From contig OZ254086.1 of NCBI GenBank assembly GCA_965267575.1, positions 1,472,001-1,536,000 of the forward strand: a stretch of DNA of 64,000 bases. Direction: 5' to 3'. The DNA is from Calditrichales bacterium (lineage in GTDB: Bacteria; Calditrichota; Calditrichia; Calditrichales; J004). The position numbers and the translations under genes were made by a program. Shown piece after piece: positions 30,029 to 39,959 of this stretch; position 1 is the first letter of the stretch, and every line of letters begins with the position of its first letter. The notes under the pieces are model-generated. The model had not been told where the DNA came from. It searched no databases and saw nothing but the letters and a program-made list of their open reading frames with translations.

Positions 30029-30802
30029 ATGATCCGTAATTTGCTTTTACAATCTCCCGGCCGGGGAGACGTACTGTTTCGCTGGCGCGGAAATGAGGTT
30101 TCGCGGCTGGAGGGTTTCAGCGACGCGGCTTTTGCTTTTGCTATAACCCTGCTGGTGGTTTCACTGGAGGTGCCGCGCGGCTACAATGAGCTTTTGCGCA
30201 CCATGCTTGGCTTTCCCGCTTTCATGATCTCCTTTGCCATAGTGGTGTTTCTGTGGTATTACCACTATCTTTTTTTCCGGCGCTACGGCCTGCAAACGGC
30301 CACAGTCATCGTGCTAAATTCATTGTTGATATTTGTGGTTCTGCTTTATATCTATCCGCTGAAGTTCCTGTTCAACTACCTGATTGGCTTCTTTTTTGAT
30401 GCACATGAAGGCACTCAGAAAATCTTTATTTCCCGTTTGGATGCATCCAACCTGCTGATCATTTATTCGGCCGGTCTCTCGGCAATTTTTTTGATTTACC
30501 TGCTGATGTATCGCTACGCCTACACGCTGCGCGACCAACTAAGACTCAATGATGTAGAGGTGGTGCTTACAAAGGCGGCCGTCGAAACACAGGGTATTTA
30601 TCTCGGTGTTTCACTGGCGTCGATTGTGTTGGCGCTTTTTTCGCCTTTGCTGCCGCTGGCCGGATTCATCTATATTTTATTTTTACCGCTTAAGGCGCTT
30701 CATGGCTATACCGTCGGCAGGCGTATCAAAAAGCTGGATGAATTAAAGGGACTGGATACAAACGTCACCTTCAGAAAAAGGGATATGAAACGTGGCGCTT
30801 AG
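30029..30802 (+). CDS. TMEM175 (DUF1211) family potassium channel-like protein
   Basis: RLEGFSDAAFAFAITLLV signature, W..H, about six TM; ATG at 30029. Confidence 0.88.
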   Translation: MIRNLLLQSPGRGDVLFRWRGNEVSRLEGFSDAAFAFAITLLVVSLEVPRGYNELLRTMLGFPAFMISFAIVVFLWYYHYLFFRRYGLQTATVIVLNSLLIFVVLLYIYPLKFLFNYLIGFFFDAHEGTQKIFISRLDASNLLIIYSAGLSAIFLIYLLMYRYAYTLRDQLRLNDVEVVLTKAAVETQGIYLGVSLASIVLALFSPLLPLAGFIYILFLPLKALHGYTVGRRIKKLDELKGLDTNVTFRKRDMKRGA

Positions 30803-32081
30803 ATACAGTAACGAATGGCTGCAAGCCTGGCACGAAGCCATCAACGCCTCACCTGCTTACGAGGCGGCCGCCGCAAAATGGGAATGGCCCGTATTGCTAA
30901 ACGTGGAAGATAAACCCGGCCTGCGCTTTTATCTTGATCTCAAAAAGGGCAAATGCCTGGAAGCAAGGCGCGCCGCCGAGGCCGATACGGTCGGAGACGT
31001 TTACGTCCTGAATGCGCCCAAAGCCGTCTGGGACAGTTTGCTTGATGCGGAGATGGAGCCCATCTCCGCTGTAATGCGCGGCAAGCTTAAACTGGAAAAG
31101 GGCAAGCTGAGCCGTTTGCTGGGGCAGGTAAAAGCGGCGCAGGAGTTGGTGCAATGTGCCCGCGGCCTGGAACATGGCAATGATACAATCCCGGATGCAG
31201 AGGATGACAAGCCGCCCGCAGTCACAAAAGCGCCGCAAAGCGGTTTCCGCTCATTGCAGCCTTTTGAACAGAAATTCCCATTGCGGCTGTACCAGAAAGC
31301 TAAAAAGTTGGGCATATGGAACCCCGCCGACATTGATTTCTCGCAGGACAGGAAGGACTGGCAGCAGCTGAATGAGCTGGAGCGGGAAGTACTGCTGCAT
31401 CTGACGACGCTTTTTCAGGGCGGAGAAGAGGCAGTAACCATGGATATTTTGCCACTGATGTTGTGCGTGGCCCGTGAACGGCGCATCGAGGAAGAGCTGT
31501 ATCTTTCCACATTCCTGTTTGAGGAGGCTAAGCACACTGAATTCTTTCGTCTTTTCCTGGATGAGGTTTGCGGCGAGCAGCCCGACCTTTCGCGCTTTCA
31601 TGATGCCGCTTACAACCGTGTTTTCAGCGAGGCCCTGCCCGCCGCCATGTCCGTTTTACTGCAAGATCCGTCAGCGCAAAACCAGGTAAGGGCGTCGGCT
31701 ACGTATAACATGATCGTTGAAGGTGTGCTGGCGGAAACAGGCTACCAGGCATATTACAGCATGCTGCAACGTAATGATATTATGCCCGGTTTGCGCAGCG
31801 GCATTGCACGGCTAAAGCAGGATGAATCGAGACATATTGGGTATGGGCTCTATTTTATCGCCCGTCATATTGATGAAGACCCTGCCTTGAAAAAGGTTTT
31901 GTTTACTACCATGGATGCGCTTTTTGCGGATGCTGTCGCTGTTATCGAAGCTATTTTCGCGCGTTATGAGGTTATGCCTTTCGGATTGCAAAAAGATGAG
32001 TTTATTGATTACGCCCGCCATCAATTCACTTCCCGCATGGAGCGCCTGGAAAGAGGCCGTGTTGGGGAACTGCCTGAATAA
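30792..32081 (+). CDS. Fusion of an SCP2 lipid-carrier domain and an R2-like ligand-binding oxidase (R2lox)
   Basis: N-term W...IN.S.AY..AA.KWE and AVMRGKLKL (SCP2); C-term WNPADIDFSQD, GEEAV, EEAKH, YNMIVEGVLAETGY and DESRH (R2lox). Confidence 0.88.
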   Translation: MALRYSNEWLQAWHEAINASPAYEAAAAKWEWPVLLNVEDKPGLRFYLDLKKGKCLEARRAAEADTVGDVYVLNAPKAVWDSLLDAEMEPISAVMRGKLKLEKGKLSRLLGQVKAAQELVQCARGLEHGNDTIPDAEDDKPPAVTKAPQSGFRSLQPFEQKFPLRLYQKAKKLGIWNPADIDFSQDRKDWQQLNELEREVLLHLTTLFQGGEEAVTMDILPLMLCVARERRIEEELYLSTFLFEEAKHTEFFRLFLDEVCGEQPDLSRFHDAAYNRVFSEALPAAMSVLLQDPSAQNQVRASATYNMIVEGVLAETGYQAYYSMLQRNDIMPGLRSGIARLKQDESRHIGYGLYFIARHIDEDPALKKVLFTTMDALFADAVAVIEAIFARYEVMPFGLQKDEFIDYARHQFTSRMERLERGRVGELPE

Positions 32082-32179
32082 TTCTTTGCTTTGATGGTTT
32101 TAAACTTTTTTCTATTTTAGCGCCTGTTTAACAATTTAAACCCGCCCGAAACAATCCATAAAAAATTAAGGAGAAGCCT

Positions 32180-35100
32180 ATGCCTGCCAGATTAGTGCTT
32201 GGGGTTATGCTGTTGTGCGGCCTGTTGTGGGCCCAAAGCAGCCACCCGCAGCTTGGCCTGGAAGAAAACAAGCCGCAAAAGGTGGCCTATACTTCGGCGA
32301 CTATTGTGACCGAACCCGGGAAAACCCTCACCAAGGCGACACTGCTTGTCAATGAGGGCCGTATTGAAGCCGTGGGAACGGATGTAAAAATTCCGGTTGA
32401 CGCCCGCGTTGTCGATGTTGAAGGCCGTTTTATTTATCCCGGCTTTGTAGAGCCTTACGCGCGCTACGGCGTTCCCGAGCTGAAAAAAGGCGAGCGCAAG
32501 CCCGGCCCGGAGCCGACCATCGAGCAGAAGGGACGCATTTACTGGAATGAGGCTGTGCGCAGCCAACGCAATGCAGCCGATGAATTTCTGGCGGATAAAA
32601 AGGAAGCCGAACAATGGCGCAAAGCGGGTTTCACCACGATTCAGACAAACGGCCTGGATGGTATTTTCCAGGGCGTCGGCGCAGTCGTTTCCAGCAATGA
32701 AGAGGCCCCTAACAGGTTGATCCTTAATCCTGCCTCCGCGCAGTTTTTGTCTTTCAGCAAAGGCTCGGCCACGCAGGACTACCCCGGTTCACTGATGGGC
32801 AGCATCGCTTTGATCCGCCAGGCGCTTAATGATGCCCAATGGTATGGCAAGGCTTGGAACGCCTTCTCCAAAAACCCGGCTCAGGCACGCCCCGAGCAGA
32901 ACGTATCCCTTTCCGCCCTGCTACCGGTCGTTGAAAAAAAGCAGCCGGTTATCTTTGAAGTGAACAATCATCTTGACCTGCTGCGTGCCGCGGCCATCGC
33001 CGAAGAATTTGGCCTGCGTTTCATTTATAAATCGGGTGGCGATTCCTACAAGGACCTCGGCAACATCGGTCGCCTGAACAGCACACTGATCGTGCCGCTC
33101 AATTTTCCGGATAAGCCGGATGTGGCTGACGCCGACCGTGCCGCGGACGTCTCGCTTGAAGAATTGAAAGAGTGGGACGCCGCCCCCGAAAATCCGGCGC
33201 GCCTGGCCGGAGCAAATGTACGCTTCGCTTTTACCAGCCACGATCTGAAAAACAAAGACGACTATCTGAAAAATATCCGCCTGGCGGTAAAGCGCGGCCT
33301 GGATGAAACAACCGCCCTGGACGCGATGACGCGCATACCGGCAAACATCGCCGGCGTGGATAAACAGGCAGGCTCGCTGAAGCCGGGCATGCTGGCCAGT
33401 TTCGTTATTTGCGACGGCAACCTGTTTGAAGACGATACGCAGATTGAATCGCTGGTTGTGGAAGGCGCACATTTTGAAATTTCCGAGGCTCCGGAAACCG
33501 ATGCGCGCGGCGTGTATGACGTAGCTATAGACCAATCCGGCAGAATGTTTAAAATGGATATCAGCGGAAAACTCAAATCGCCAAAAGCATCATTTATGGC
33601 AGACTCCGTTAAGCTGGAAAGCTCCAACTTCAGCATCAGTGGCAGCAAGGTCACTTTTAATATCTCCGCGGATACGCTGGGCTTTACAGGCGTCACTCGC
33701 TTCACGGGGCGTCTGACTGAAGGCGAAGCGGCGGGCAGCGGGCTGAATGCCGACGGTTCCGTTTTTGCCTGGACGGCCAAACGCGTAAAACCGTTTGAAG
33801 AAAAAGAAGAAAAGAAAGAAACAGACGAGCAGCAGCCGGCGCTTTTCCCCACGGTTTATCCCGATATGGCTTATGGCCGCAAGGGCTTGCCGGATCAGCC
33901 ACAGGTCGTAGCCGTCACTAACGCCACCATCTGGACGGCGGGTGAGCAGGGCACTCTGCAAAATGCCGATATGATTGTCAAAAACGGTAAAATCAGCGCG
34001 GTGGGCAAAGGCCTCAGCATACCGGACAACGCGCTGGTCATTGACGGCAGCGGGCTGCACGTCACACCCGGCATCATCGATGAGCATTCGCATATTGCCA
34101 TCAGCCGGGGCGTGAACGAAGGCTCGCAGGCGGTAACATCGGAGGTGCGTATCGGGGATGTGGTAGACCCGACGAGCATCCATATCTATCGTCAGCTGGC
34201 CGGCGGTGTGACCACTTCGCAACTGTTGCATGGTTCCGCCAATCCCATCGGCGGGCAGGCCCAGGTAATCAAGCTGCGCTGGGGCGCCGATGCCGAAGGG
34301 CTGAAATTCAAAGAAGCACCGCCCACCATAAAATTTGCCCTGGGCGAGAATGTCAAACAGTCCAACTGGGGTGATTATTACACATCTCGTTATCCGCAAA
34401 CCCGCATGGGCGTTCGCGAAATTATGTATGATACGTTCCGTCGTGCCCGCGCCTATGAACAGGAATGGAAAGGTTACAACGCGCTCTCGTCCTCTAAAAA
34501 GGAGAGCACTGTTCCGCCGCGCCGCGACCTGGAGCTGGAGGCAATCGTTGAGATTTTAAACAGCGAGCGATTCATCCACTGCCATTCATACGTTCAAAGC
34601 GAGATATTGATGCTGATGCGCCTTGCCGAGGAGTTCGGCTTTACGGTGGGCACATTTACCCATATCCTGGAAGGCTACAAAGTGGCTTCGGAAATGGCGG
34701 AACACGGCGCCATGGCCAGCACCTTTTCCGACTGGTGGGCCTATAAGTTCGAGGTGTATGAAGCGATTCCCTACAACACAGCGTTGATGCATCGTGCCGG
34801 TGTCGTCACGTCCGTCAACTCCGATGACGCCGAGATGGCCCGTCGCCTCAATCAGGAATCGGCCAAGGCCATAAAATACGGCGATGTTACCGAAGAGGAT
34901 GCCCTAAAATTCTGCACAATCAACGCCGCGAAGCAATTAAAAGTTGAGCAGTATGTGGGCAGCCTGGAAGCCGGCAAGCATGCTGATTTTGTGCTCTGGA
35001 ACGACAACCCGCTTTCCGTTTACGCCAAGGTGCAGCAAACCTGGATCGATGGCCGGCGCTACTTTGATATCGCTGAAGACCAGGCGTTGCGGGCGGAAAT

Positions 35101-35236
35101 TACGCTGCAACGCAACGCGCTGATCCAGAAGGCGCTGGATGCGGATGGCCCGGCGGCTAAAGCGGGCAAGAAAAAGGCATCCGGATCGGACTACGACTGT
35201 CTGGATGTTCATGATTATGTAGGAGGCCTGCAATGA
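32180..35236 (+). CDS. Exported double-domain amidohydrolase family protein
   Basis: Signal peptide; second barrel has PGIIDEHSH, K, HCH, TH and NSDD; first barrel has PGFVEPY with no HxH. Confidence 0.88.
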   Translation: MPARLVLGVMLLCGLLWAQSSHPQLGLEENKPQKVAYTSATIVTEPGKTLTKATLLVNEGRIEAVGTDVKIPVDARVVDVEGRFIYPGFVEPYARYGVPELKKGERKPGPEPTIEQKGRIYWNEAVRSQRNAADEFLADKKEAEQWRKAGFTTIQTNGLDGIFQGVGAVVSSNEEAPNRLILNPASAQFLSFSKGSATQDYPGSLMGSIALIRQALNDAQWYGKAWNAFSKNPAQARPEQNVSLSALLPVVEKKQPVIFEVNNHLDLLRAAAIAEEFGLRFIYKSGGDSYKDLGNIGRLNSTLIVPLNFPDKPDVADADRAADVSLEELKEWDAAPENPARLAGANVRFAFTSHDLKNKDDYLKNIRLAVKRGLDETTALDAMTRIPANIAGVDKQAGSLKPGMLASFVICDGNLFEDDTQIESLVVEGAHFEISEAPETDARGVYDVAIDQSGRMFKMDISGKLKSPKASFMADSVKLESSNFSISGSKVTFNISADTLGFTGVTRFTGRLTEGEAAGSGLNADGSVFAWTAKRVKPFEEKEEKKETDEQQPALFPTVYPDMAYGRKGLPDQPQVVAVTNATIWTAGEQGTLQNADMIVKNGKISAVGKGLSIPDNALVIDGSGLHVTPGIIDEHSHIAISRGVNEGSQAVTSEVRIGDVVDPTSIHIYRQLAGGVTTSQLLHGSANPIGGQAQVIKLRWGADAEGLKFKEAPPTIKFALGENVKQSNWGDYYTSRYPQTRMGVREIMYDTFRRARAYEQEWKGYNALSSSKKESTVPPRRDLELEAIVEILNSERFIHCHSYVQSEILMLMRLAEEFGFTVGTFTHILEGYKVASEMAEHGAMASTFSDWWAYKFEVYEAIPYNTALMHRAGVVTSVNSDDAEMARRLNQESAKAIKYGDVTEEDALKFCTINAAKQLKVEQYVGSLEAGKHADFVLWNDNPLSVYAKVQQTWIDGRRYFDIAEDQALRAEITLQRNALIQKALDADGPAAKAGKKKASGSDYDCLDVHDYVGGLQ

Positions 35237-36525
35237 AACATATAATAATATTTTTAATGATCGCATGTACGGCGGCTGTTGCGCATGACATTGTACCCGG
35301 CAGCCCGCAAAGCCAGCCGATAGCGCTTGTTAACGGGAAGATTTACACCGTTTCCGGCAATGTAATCGAAAAAGGGACGCTTGTATTTGCGGATGGCAAG
35401 ATCAGCGCGCTCGGCGAATTTGTAGCTATCCCTGATGACGCCCGCGTGATAGACCTGGCGGGAAAGCATGTTTACCCGGGACTGATCGCCGCTTTTTCAC
35501 AGGTTGGCCTCGTGGAAATCAGCGCGGTGCGCGCCACACGCGATTTCAATGAAACCGGCTCTTTTAATCCCAATGCCCGTGCCGCTACAGCCTACAACAG
35601 CGATTCCGAGATCATACCCACGGTACGCAGCAATGGTATCACTTCGCTGAACATATCGCCCACGGGCGGACGCATCTCGGGGCTGGCTTCACTGATCAAC
35701 AGCGACGGCTGGACGGTTGAAGATGCCATGCTGAAAGAAAATACAGGCATGCTGCTGGACTGGCCGCGGATGACGGTTGTAAACGCCTGGTGGATGCGCA
35801 CACCGGCTGACAAACAAAAAGAGCAGATAAGCAAGAGTCTGGCTGAAATGGAGGATTATTTCGAGCTTGCGGCGGCCTATAACAAAGCGCGCAATGCCAA
35901 CCCCAAGACCACGGTCGATCTGCGCTTTGAAGCCATGCGCCCGGTGATGGCCGGGGAGATGCCGCTGTTTGTGCGCGCCGACGAGCTAAAGGAAATAGAA
36001 GCTGCCATCGACTTTTGCCGGCGCCACGAGCTGAAAATGATCCTGGTGAGCGGCCGTGACGTCTGGAAGGTTCCCGGCCTGTTGAAAGAAAACAACATCC
36101 CGGTTATTCTTCGCCAGACCCATGACCTGCCCGCCCGGGACGATGAGCCTTACGATATTGCCTTTCGCCGGCCCGCTATTCTGCATGAAGCCGGTGTGCA
36201 GTTTTGCATCAGCAAAACCAACACGGCCGATAGCTGGGATATACGTAACCTGCCGTTCCATGTTGGCAGCGCCGTCGCCCATGGGCTTGATTACGACGCA
36301 GCCTTAAAATCGATTACACTGTGGCCGGCGCAAATCTTAGGTGTGGCCGATCGTGTCGGTTCTCTGGAAACAGGCAAGGACGCCACGCTGATCGTCAGTG
36401 AAGGAGACATACTGGATATGCGCACAAGCAAGGTGACGCATATGTTTATTTCCGGCAGGGAAGTGGACCTGGATAATATGCAAAAAAGGCTGAACGAGAA
36501 ATACAAAGTGCGCTATAATCAATAG
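35233..36525 (+). CDS. Exported amidohydrolase-fold protein lacking metal ligands
   Basis: PGLIAAFSQ replaces PG.ID.H.H; GSLETGKDA; ATGA overlap with the upstream gene. Confidence 0.85.
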   Translation: MKHIIIFLMIACTAAVAHDIVPGSPQSQPIALVNGKIYTVSGNVIEKGTLVFADGKISALGEFVAIPDDARVIDLAGKHVYPGLIAAFSQVGLVEISAVRATRDFNETGSFNPNARAATAYNSDSEIIPTVRSNGITSLNISPTGGRISGLASLINSDGWTVEDAMLKENTGMLLDWPRMTVVNAWWMRTPADKQKEQISKSLAEMEDYFELAAAYNKARNANPKTTVDLRFEAMRPVMAGEMPLFVRADELKEIEAAIDFCRRHELKMILVSGRDVWKVPGLLKENNIPVILRQTHDLPARDDEPYDIAFRRPAILHEAGVQFCISKTNTADSWDIRNLPFHVGSAVAHGLDYDAALKSITLWPAQILGVADRVGSLETGKDATLIVSEGDILDMRTSKVTHMFISGREVDLDNMQKRLNEKYKVRYNQ

Positions 36526-36528
36526 ATA

Positions 36529-36561
36529 AAAAAAGGCTGCCCGGTTGAGGCAGCCTTTTTT
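36529..36561. terminator. Bidirectional intrinsic terminator
   Basis: A-run-GGCTGCC-N7-GGCAGCC-T-run between convergent genes. Confidence 0.9.
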
Positions 36562-36564
36562 GTT

Positions 36565-37509
36565 TTAGCGCGTTGATTCAAGATACCTGTAAAATTCGCT
36601 GTCCGTAGACAGAATCAGGACATCTTTTTCTGAAAACGTCTGTTCATAGGTCTCAAGCGTTTTCATAAAGCGGTAAAACTCCCGGGCCGAAGCGCTCCGG
36701 TTGTAGGCGGAAGCGTAAATGGCTGTTGCTTCAGCGTCGGCTTTACCGATGATCTCCTGCGCTTCGCGGTATGCCGTTGACTGTATGCGTTTGAGTTCAC
36801 GCTCCTTGTCACCGAGAATTTTGGAAGCCTCACCCTGACCCTCAGAGCGGAAGCGTTCGGCAATTCGTTTACGCTCGGCGATCATCTGCTCGTATATTTT
36901 CTCCCGCACTTCAGGAATGTAGTTTATCCGTTTAAAGCGCATGTCAAGCAATTCGATGCCCAGTTCTTTGGTTCGGTCGGCAGCGCGCATCAGGATCATA
37001 TTGGAAATCTGCGCGCGCCCTACCTCGATTTGCCCAAAATCTGCTTCGTTTTCATCTCCCAGCGTATCTGTAACAACCGGTGTACGGTTGGTGTTACGCA
37101 CAAGCTCTACCAGGTCGTGGCTGGCAACGGCGTTACGTGTTTCACCATCAAGGATGTCGTCGAGCCGGGCCTGGGCGCTGCGCTCATCACGCAAACGCTG
37201 AAAGAAAAGCAACGGATCGGAGATACGCCAGCGGGCATAAGCATCCACAAATATGAAACGCTTGTCCTTTGTCGGCACCTGGTTTTCATCACCGTCCCAC
37301 TCCAAAAAGCGCTTGTCAAAGAAATTGCTCTCTTCCAATAGCGGAATTTTGAAATGTATGCCCGGGTCTTTGATCGGCTCACGTACCGGTTTTCCAAAGC
37401 GGGTTATAATTACCTGCTGGGTTTCATTGACTATAAAGGCCGAGGAATACAGCACGATAAAGGCAACAATACCCACAATTATAGCGATGGTAGTTTTCTT
37501 ATTTTGCAT
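36565..37509 (-). CDS. hflC: FtsH modulator HflC
   Basis: IITRFGKP, PTKDKRFIFVDAYARWRI, AERKRIAERFRSEG and EFYRF; start 37509 overlaps the hflK stop. Confidence 0.95.
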   Translation of the reverse strand: MQNKKTTIAIIVGIVAFIVLYSSAFIVNETQQVIITRFGKPVREPIKDPGIHFKIPLLEESNFFDKRFLEWDGDENQVPTKDKRFIFVDAYARWRISDPLLFFQRLRDERSAQARLDDILDGETRNAVASHDLVELVRNTNRTPVVTDTLGDENEADFGQIEVGRAQISNMILMRAADRTKELGIELLDMRFKRINYIPEVREKIYEQMIAERKRIAERFRSEGQGEASKILGDKERELKRIQSTAYREAQEIIGKADAEATAIYASAYNRSASAREFYRFMKTLETYEQTFSEKDVLILSTDSEFYRYLESTR

Positions 37510-38482
37510 TCTTAAGACCCTCCTCCAGATTAAAGAGCGGCAGGATACCACTGGCCTGGTCGTTAGTGATGAGTTTGCGGCCCACTTTACCCAGAATGTT
37601 ATTAAGCGTTTCAAGATAAAGCCGCTGGCGTGTTACCTCCGGCGCCTTTAAATATTCGCCGTAAAGAGAATTGAAGCGATTGGCCTCACCCTGTGCGCGG
37701 TTAACACGCTCAAGAGCATAACCACGGGCTTCTTCGATCTGCTGCTGCGCCTGACCTTCGGCTTTCGGAATTACCCGGTTATATTCCGATTGGGCCTGGC
37801 TGATAAGCTTCTTTTTCTCCTGCTCAGCTTCGTTTACCTCGTTAAAGGATGCCTTTACTTCGTCCGGCGGATTCACGTCCTGCAATACCACCTGCTCTAC
37901 TTTAATCCCGGTGGAGTACTGGTCGGCCAGCTCCTGCAGCATCACCTGCACGGTTGTTTCAATCTCGCTGCGGCCCACGGTGATGATCTCGTTTACCGTG
38001 CGATCACCGACAACCTCGCGCATAACGGCCTCGGTTATGTCACGAAAGGTGTTCCTGGTGTTGCGTACTTTAAACAGGTACAAATAAGGATCGCTGATAC
38101 GGTACTGGACAATCCATTCCACATCGGCTGCGTTAAGGTCACCCGTCAGCATAAGCGATTCGTTTTCGTAATCACGCGTTGAATATTGCGTCCTTACGTC
38201 GGCTTGTACCGTACGAAATCCGAATTCTTCCTTCTGCTGGCGCTCAACCGCTACTTTGTTAACCCGCTCAATGCCAAAAGGCATAACCAGGTTAAGGCCG
38301 GGATCTATGGTTCTGTCGTATTTGCCAAGGCGTAAAACAACGCCAACTTCTTCCGGACTTATTGTTACAAAGCTGGAATAAAGAAAAAAGATGAGCAGAA
38401 TACCGCCAAGTATCCATTTCACATTCTTGGTGGACAGGCTTGGTGGTCTCAGATTGTTAAGATCAAAAGGTTGCTCTGCCAT
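37499..38482 (-). CDS. hflK: FtsH modulator HflK
   Basis: MLTGDLN, LQDVNPP.EV..SF.EV and APEVTRQRLYLET. Confidence 0.95.
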   Translation of the reverse strand: MAEQPFDLNNLRPPSLSTKNVKWILGGILLIFFLYSSFVTISPEEVGVVLRLGKYDRTIDPGLNLVMPFGIERVNKVAVERQQKEEFGFRTVQADVRTQYSTRDYENESLMLTGDLNAADVEWIVQYRISDPYLYLFKVRNTRNTFRDITEAVMREVVGDRTVNEIITVGRSEIETTVQVMLQELADQYSTGIKVEQVVLQDVNPPDEVKASFNEVNEAEQEKKKLISQAQSEYNRVIPKAEGQAQQQIEEARGYALERVNRAQGEANRFNSLYGEYLKAPEVTRQRLYLETLNNILGKVGRKLITNDQASGILPLFNLEEGLKNAK

Positions 38483-38559
38483 TATACCTCCCGTTTAGGT
38501 GTTGGTTTACGGTCAATTTAGAAAGTCACCGTAAATAATTCAAAGTATTAGAAAAGGCC

Positions 38560-38587
38560 AAAAAAAACCCCCGGACAAATCGGGGGC
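38560..38587 (-). terminator. Intrinsic terminator after the peroxiredoxin gene
   Basis: Minus strand CCCCCG-N7-CGGGGG followed by T8. Confidence 0.75.
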
Positions 38588-38611
38588 ATTATTAAAGCAC
38601 TTATGTCGCCG

Positions 38612-39121
38612 CTATTGTTTTTCCAGAACGGCCATGATCTGGGATGCGTGATTGGATGTATCCACCTTATCAAAGATGTGCATTATTTTCCCGTTTTCAT
38701 CGATCAAAAATGTAATGCGTTTGGGAAACATAATGCCGGTGATAGTGCCCTTTGCGCCATATTTTTCCGCCACCTCTTTTTCAGTGTCGGCAAGCAGTGG
38801 AAAAGGCAGGTCATACTTCTCGGCAAACTCGCGATGCGACGTGGTGTCGTCATAGCTTACGCCCAGGATGGCAATGCCTGCTTCCTGCAGGGCCGAGTAG
38901 TTATCACGCAGGTTGCAGGCTTCGGCGGTGCAGCCGGGCGTATCGTTTTTGGGGTAAAAATACAAAGCCACCTTTTGGCCTTTATATTCGCTCAGGCTGT
39001 GCACTTTCCCCTGGTAATCATAAAGCTTGAAATCAGGCGCAGGATCACCCACCTTCAGGTCATCCCCGGCAAAGGCAAATAGTACCATTGATAAGACTCC
39101 GCTTAAGACATATTTTAGCAT
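38612..39121 (-). CDS. bcp: BCP/PrxQ peroxiredoxin with signal peptide
   Basis: YFYPKNDTPGCTAEAC motif; RITFLID; AAGGAG RBS before 39121. Confidence 0.9.
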   Translation of the reverse strand: MLKYVLSGVLSMVLFAFAGDDLKVGDPAPDFKLYDYQGKVHSLSEYKGQKVALYFYPKNDTPGCTAEACNLRDNYSALQEAGIAILGVSYDDTTSHREFAEKYDLPFPLLADTEKEVAEKYGAKGTITGIMFPKRITFLIDENGKIMHIFDKVDTSNHASQIMAVLEKQ

Positions 39122-39208
39122 AATTGTTGCTCCTTGTTTGGTCGTTTTCTGCTGATTATCAACGGTATAGTTTATCGTTTTATTCAATTAATATCGAGGG
39201 GAATAAAA

Positions 39209-39829
39209 ATGCGCTACTGTCCTTACTGTTCTGCCGCCGTTTCAGAAAAATCTAACACTTGCCATAATTGCAAAAAATCCCTGGATCTGGAACAGGTCCG
39301 CGAAGTCTATCGCGCTTCCGGGGGCGGGGAGAGTGCCGAGATAAACAAGCAGGCCGTACGCCGCCTGTGGCTGCAGGAGCATATGCGCTATATAATGCCG
39401 GCCATTACCCTTTTGGCCGGTTTAGCAATCGGTGCGTTGATTGCTTTTGTTGCCATGAAAGCATCGTTTGCCGCGGAAAAATCGGCCCTTACCCAAAACA
39501 TCGCCTCGCTTCGCGACAGCCTGACGCAGCAGCGGCAAATGTCCATGGCCGCCCGCGGTGACCTGGCCAGCGACCTTGAGACAAAAGACAAGATCATCAG
39601 CCTCCTGTCCGATCAACGCGAAACCATGGCGCGCGTAATCAACTTTACGCGACGTCTGGCCAACAACAGCCAGATCATCCCGGCCAGTGACAGCGAATCG
39701 CAATATTATCGCAACAATGTGCGCTACCTGATACGCCAGTACGAGCAACAACAGGAAGAGCTTATCTCAGCCGGCGCGGAAAGCCCGCCAAATTATAACC
39801 TGGAGACCGTGCCGCAAATGCTTGAATAA
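39209..39829 (+). CDS. Zinc-ribbon membrane protein with coiled coil
   Basis: CPYC-x10-CHNC, one TM helix, heptad-rich C-terminus. Confidence 0.75.
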   Translation: MRYCPYCSAAVSEKSNTCHNCKKSLDLEQVREVYRASGGGESAEINKQAVRRLWLQEHMRYIMPAITLLAGLAIGALIAFVAMKASFAAEKSALTQNIASLRDSLTQQRQMSMAARGDLASDLETKDKIISLLSDQRETMARVINFTRRLANNSQIIPASDSESQYYRNNVRYLIRQYEQQQEELISAGAESPPNYNLETVPQMLE

Positions 39830-39959
39830 GATTGTTTCCTTCATGACAGTAAATAAATAGGGCAAAAAATCATTATTCGTTGATTTTTTGTCAATAAAAT
39901 GTTGTAGATTATTAGGCCTTTTTAGCTCCGCTTAAAGCCTAATACCAATGGAGGGAAAA

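Noticed and set aside
30792-32081. Ribonucleotide reductase beta subunit (nrdB/nrdF)
   Set aside because: Motifs match R2lox (GEEAV, YNMIVEG.LAE.GY), there is an extra SCP2 domain, and no R1 gene is nearby
39880-39894. FNR-like site TTGAT...GTCAA upstream of maeB
   Set aside because: The spacer is 5 bp rather than 4 and the region is AT-rich, so a chance match is likely
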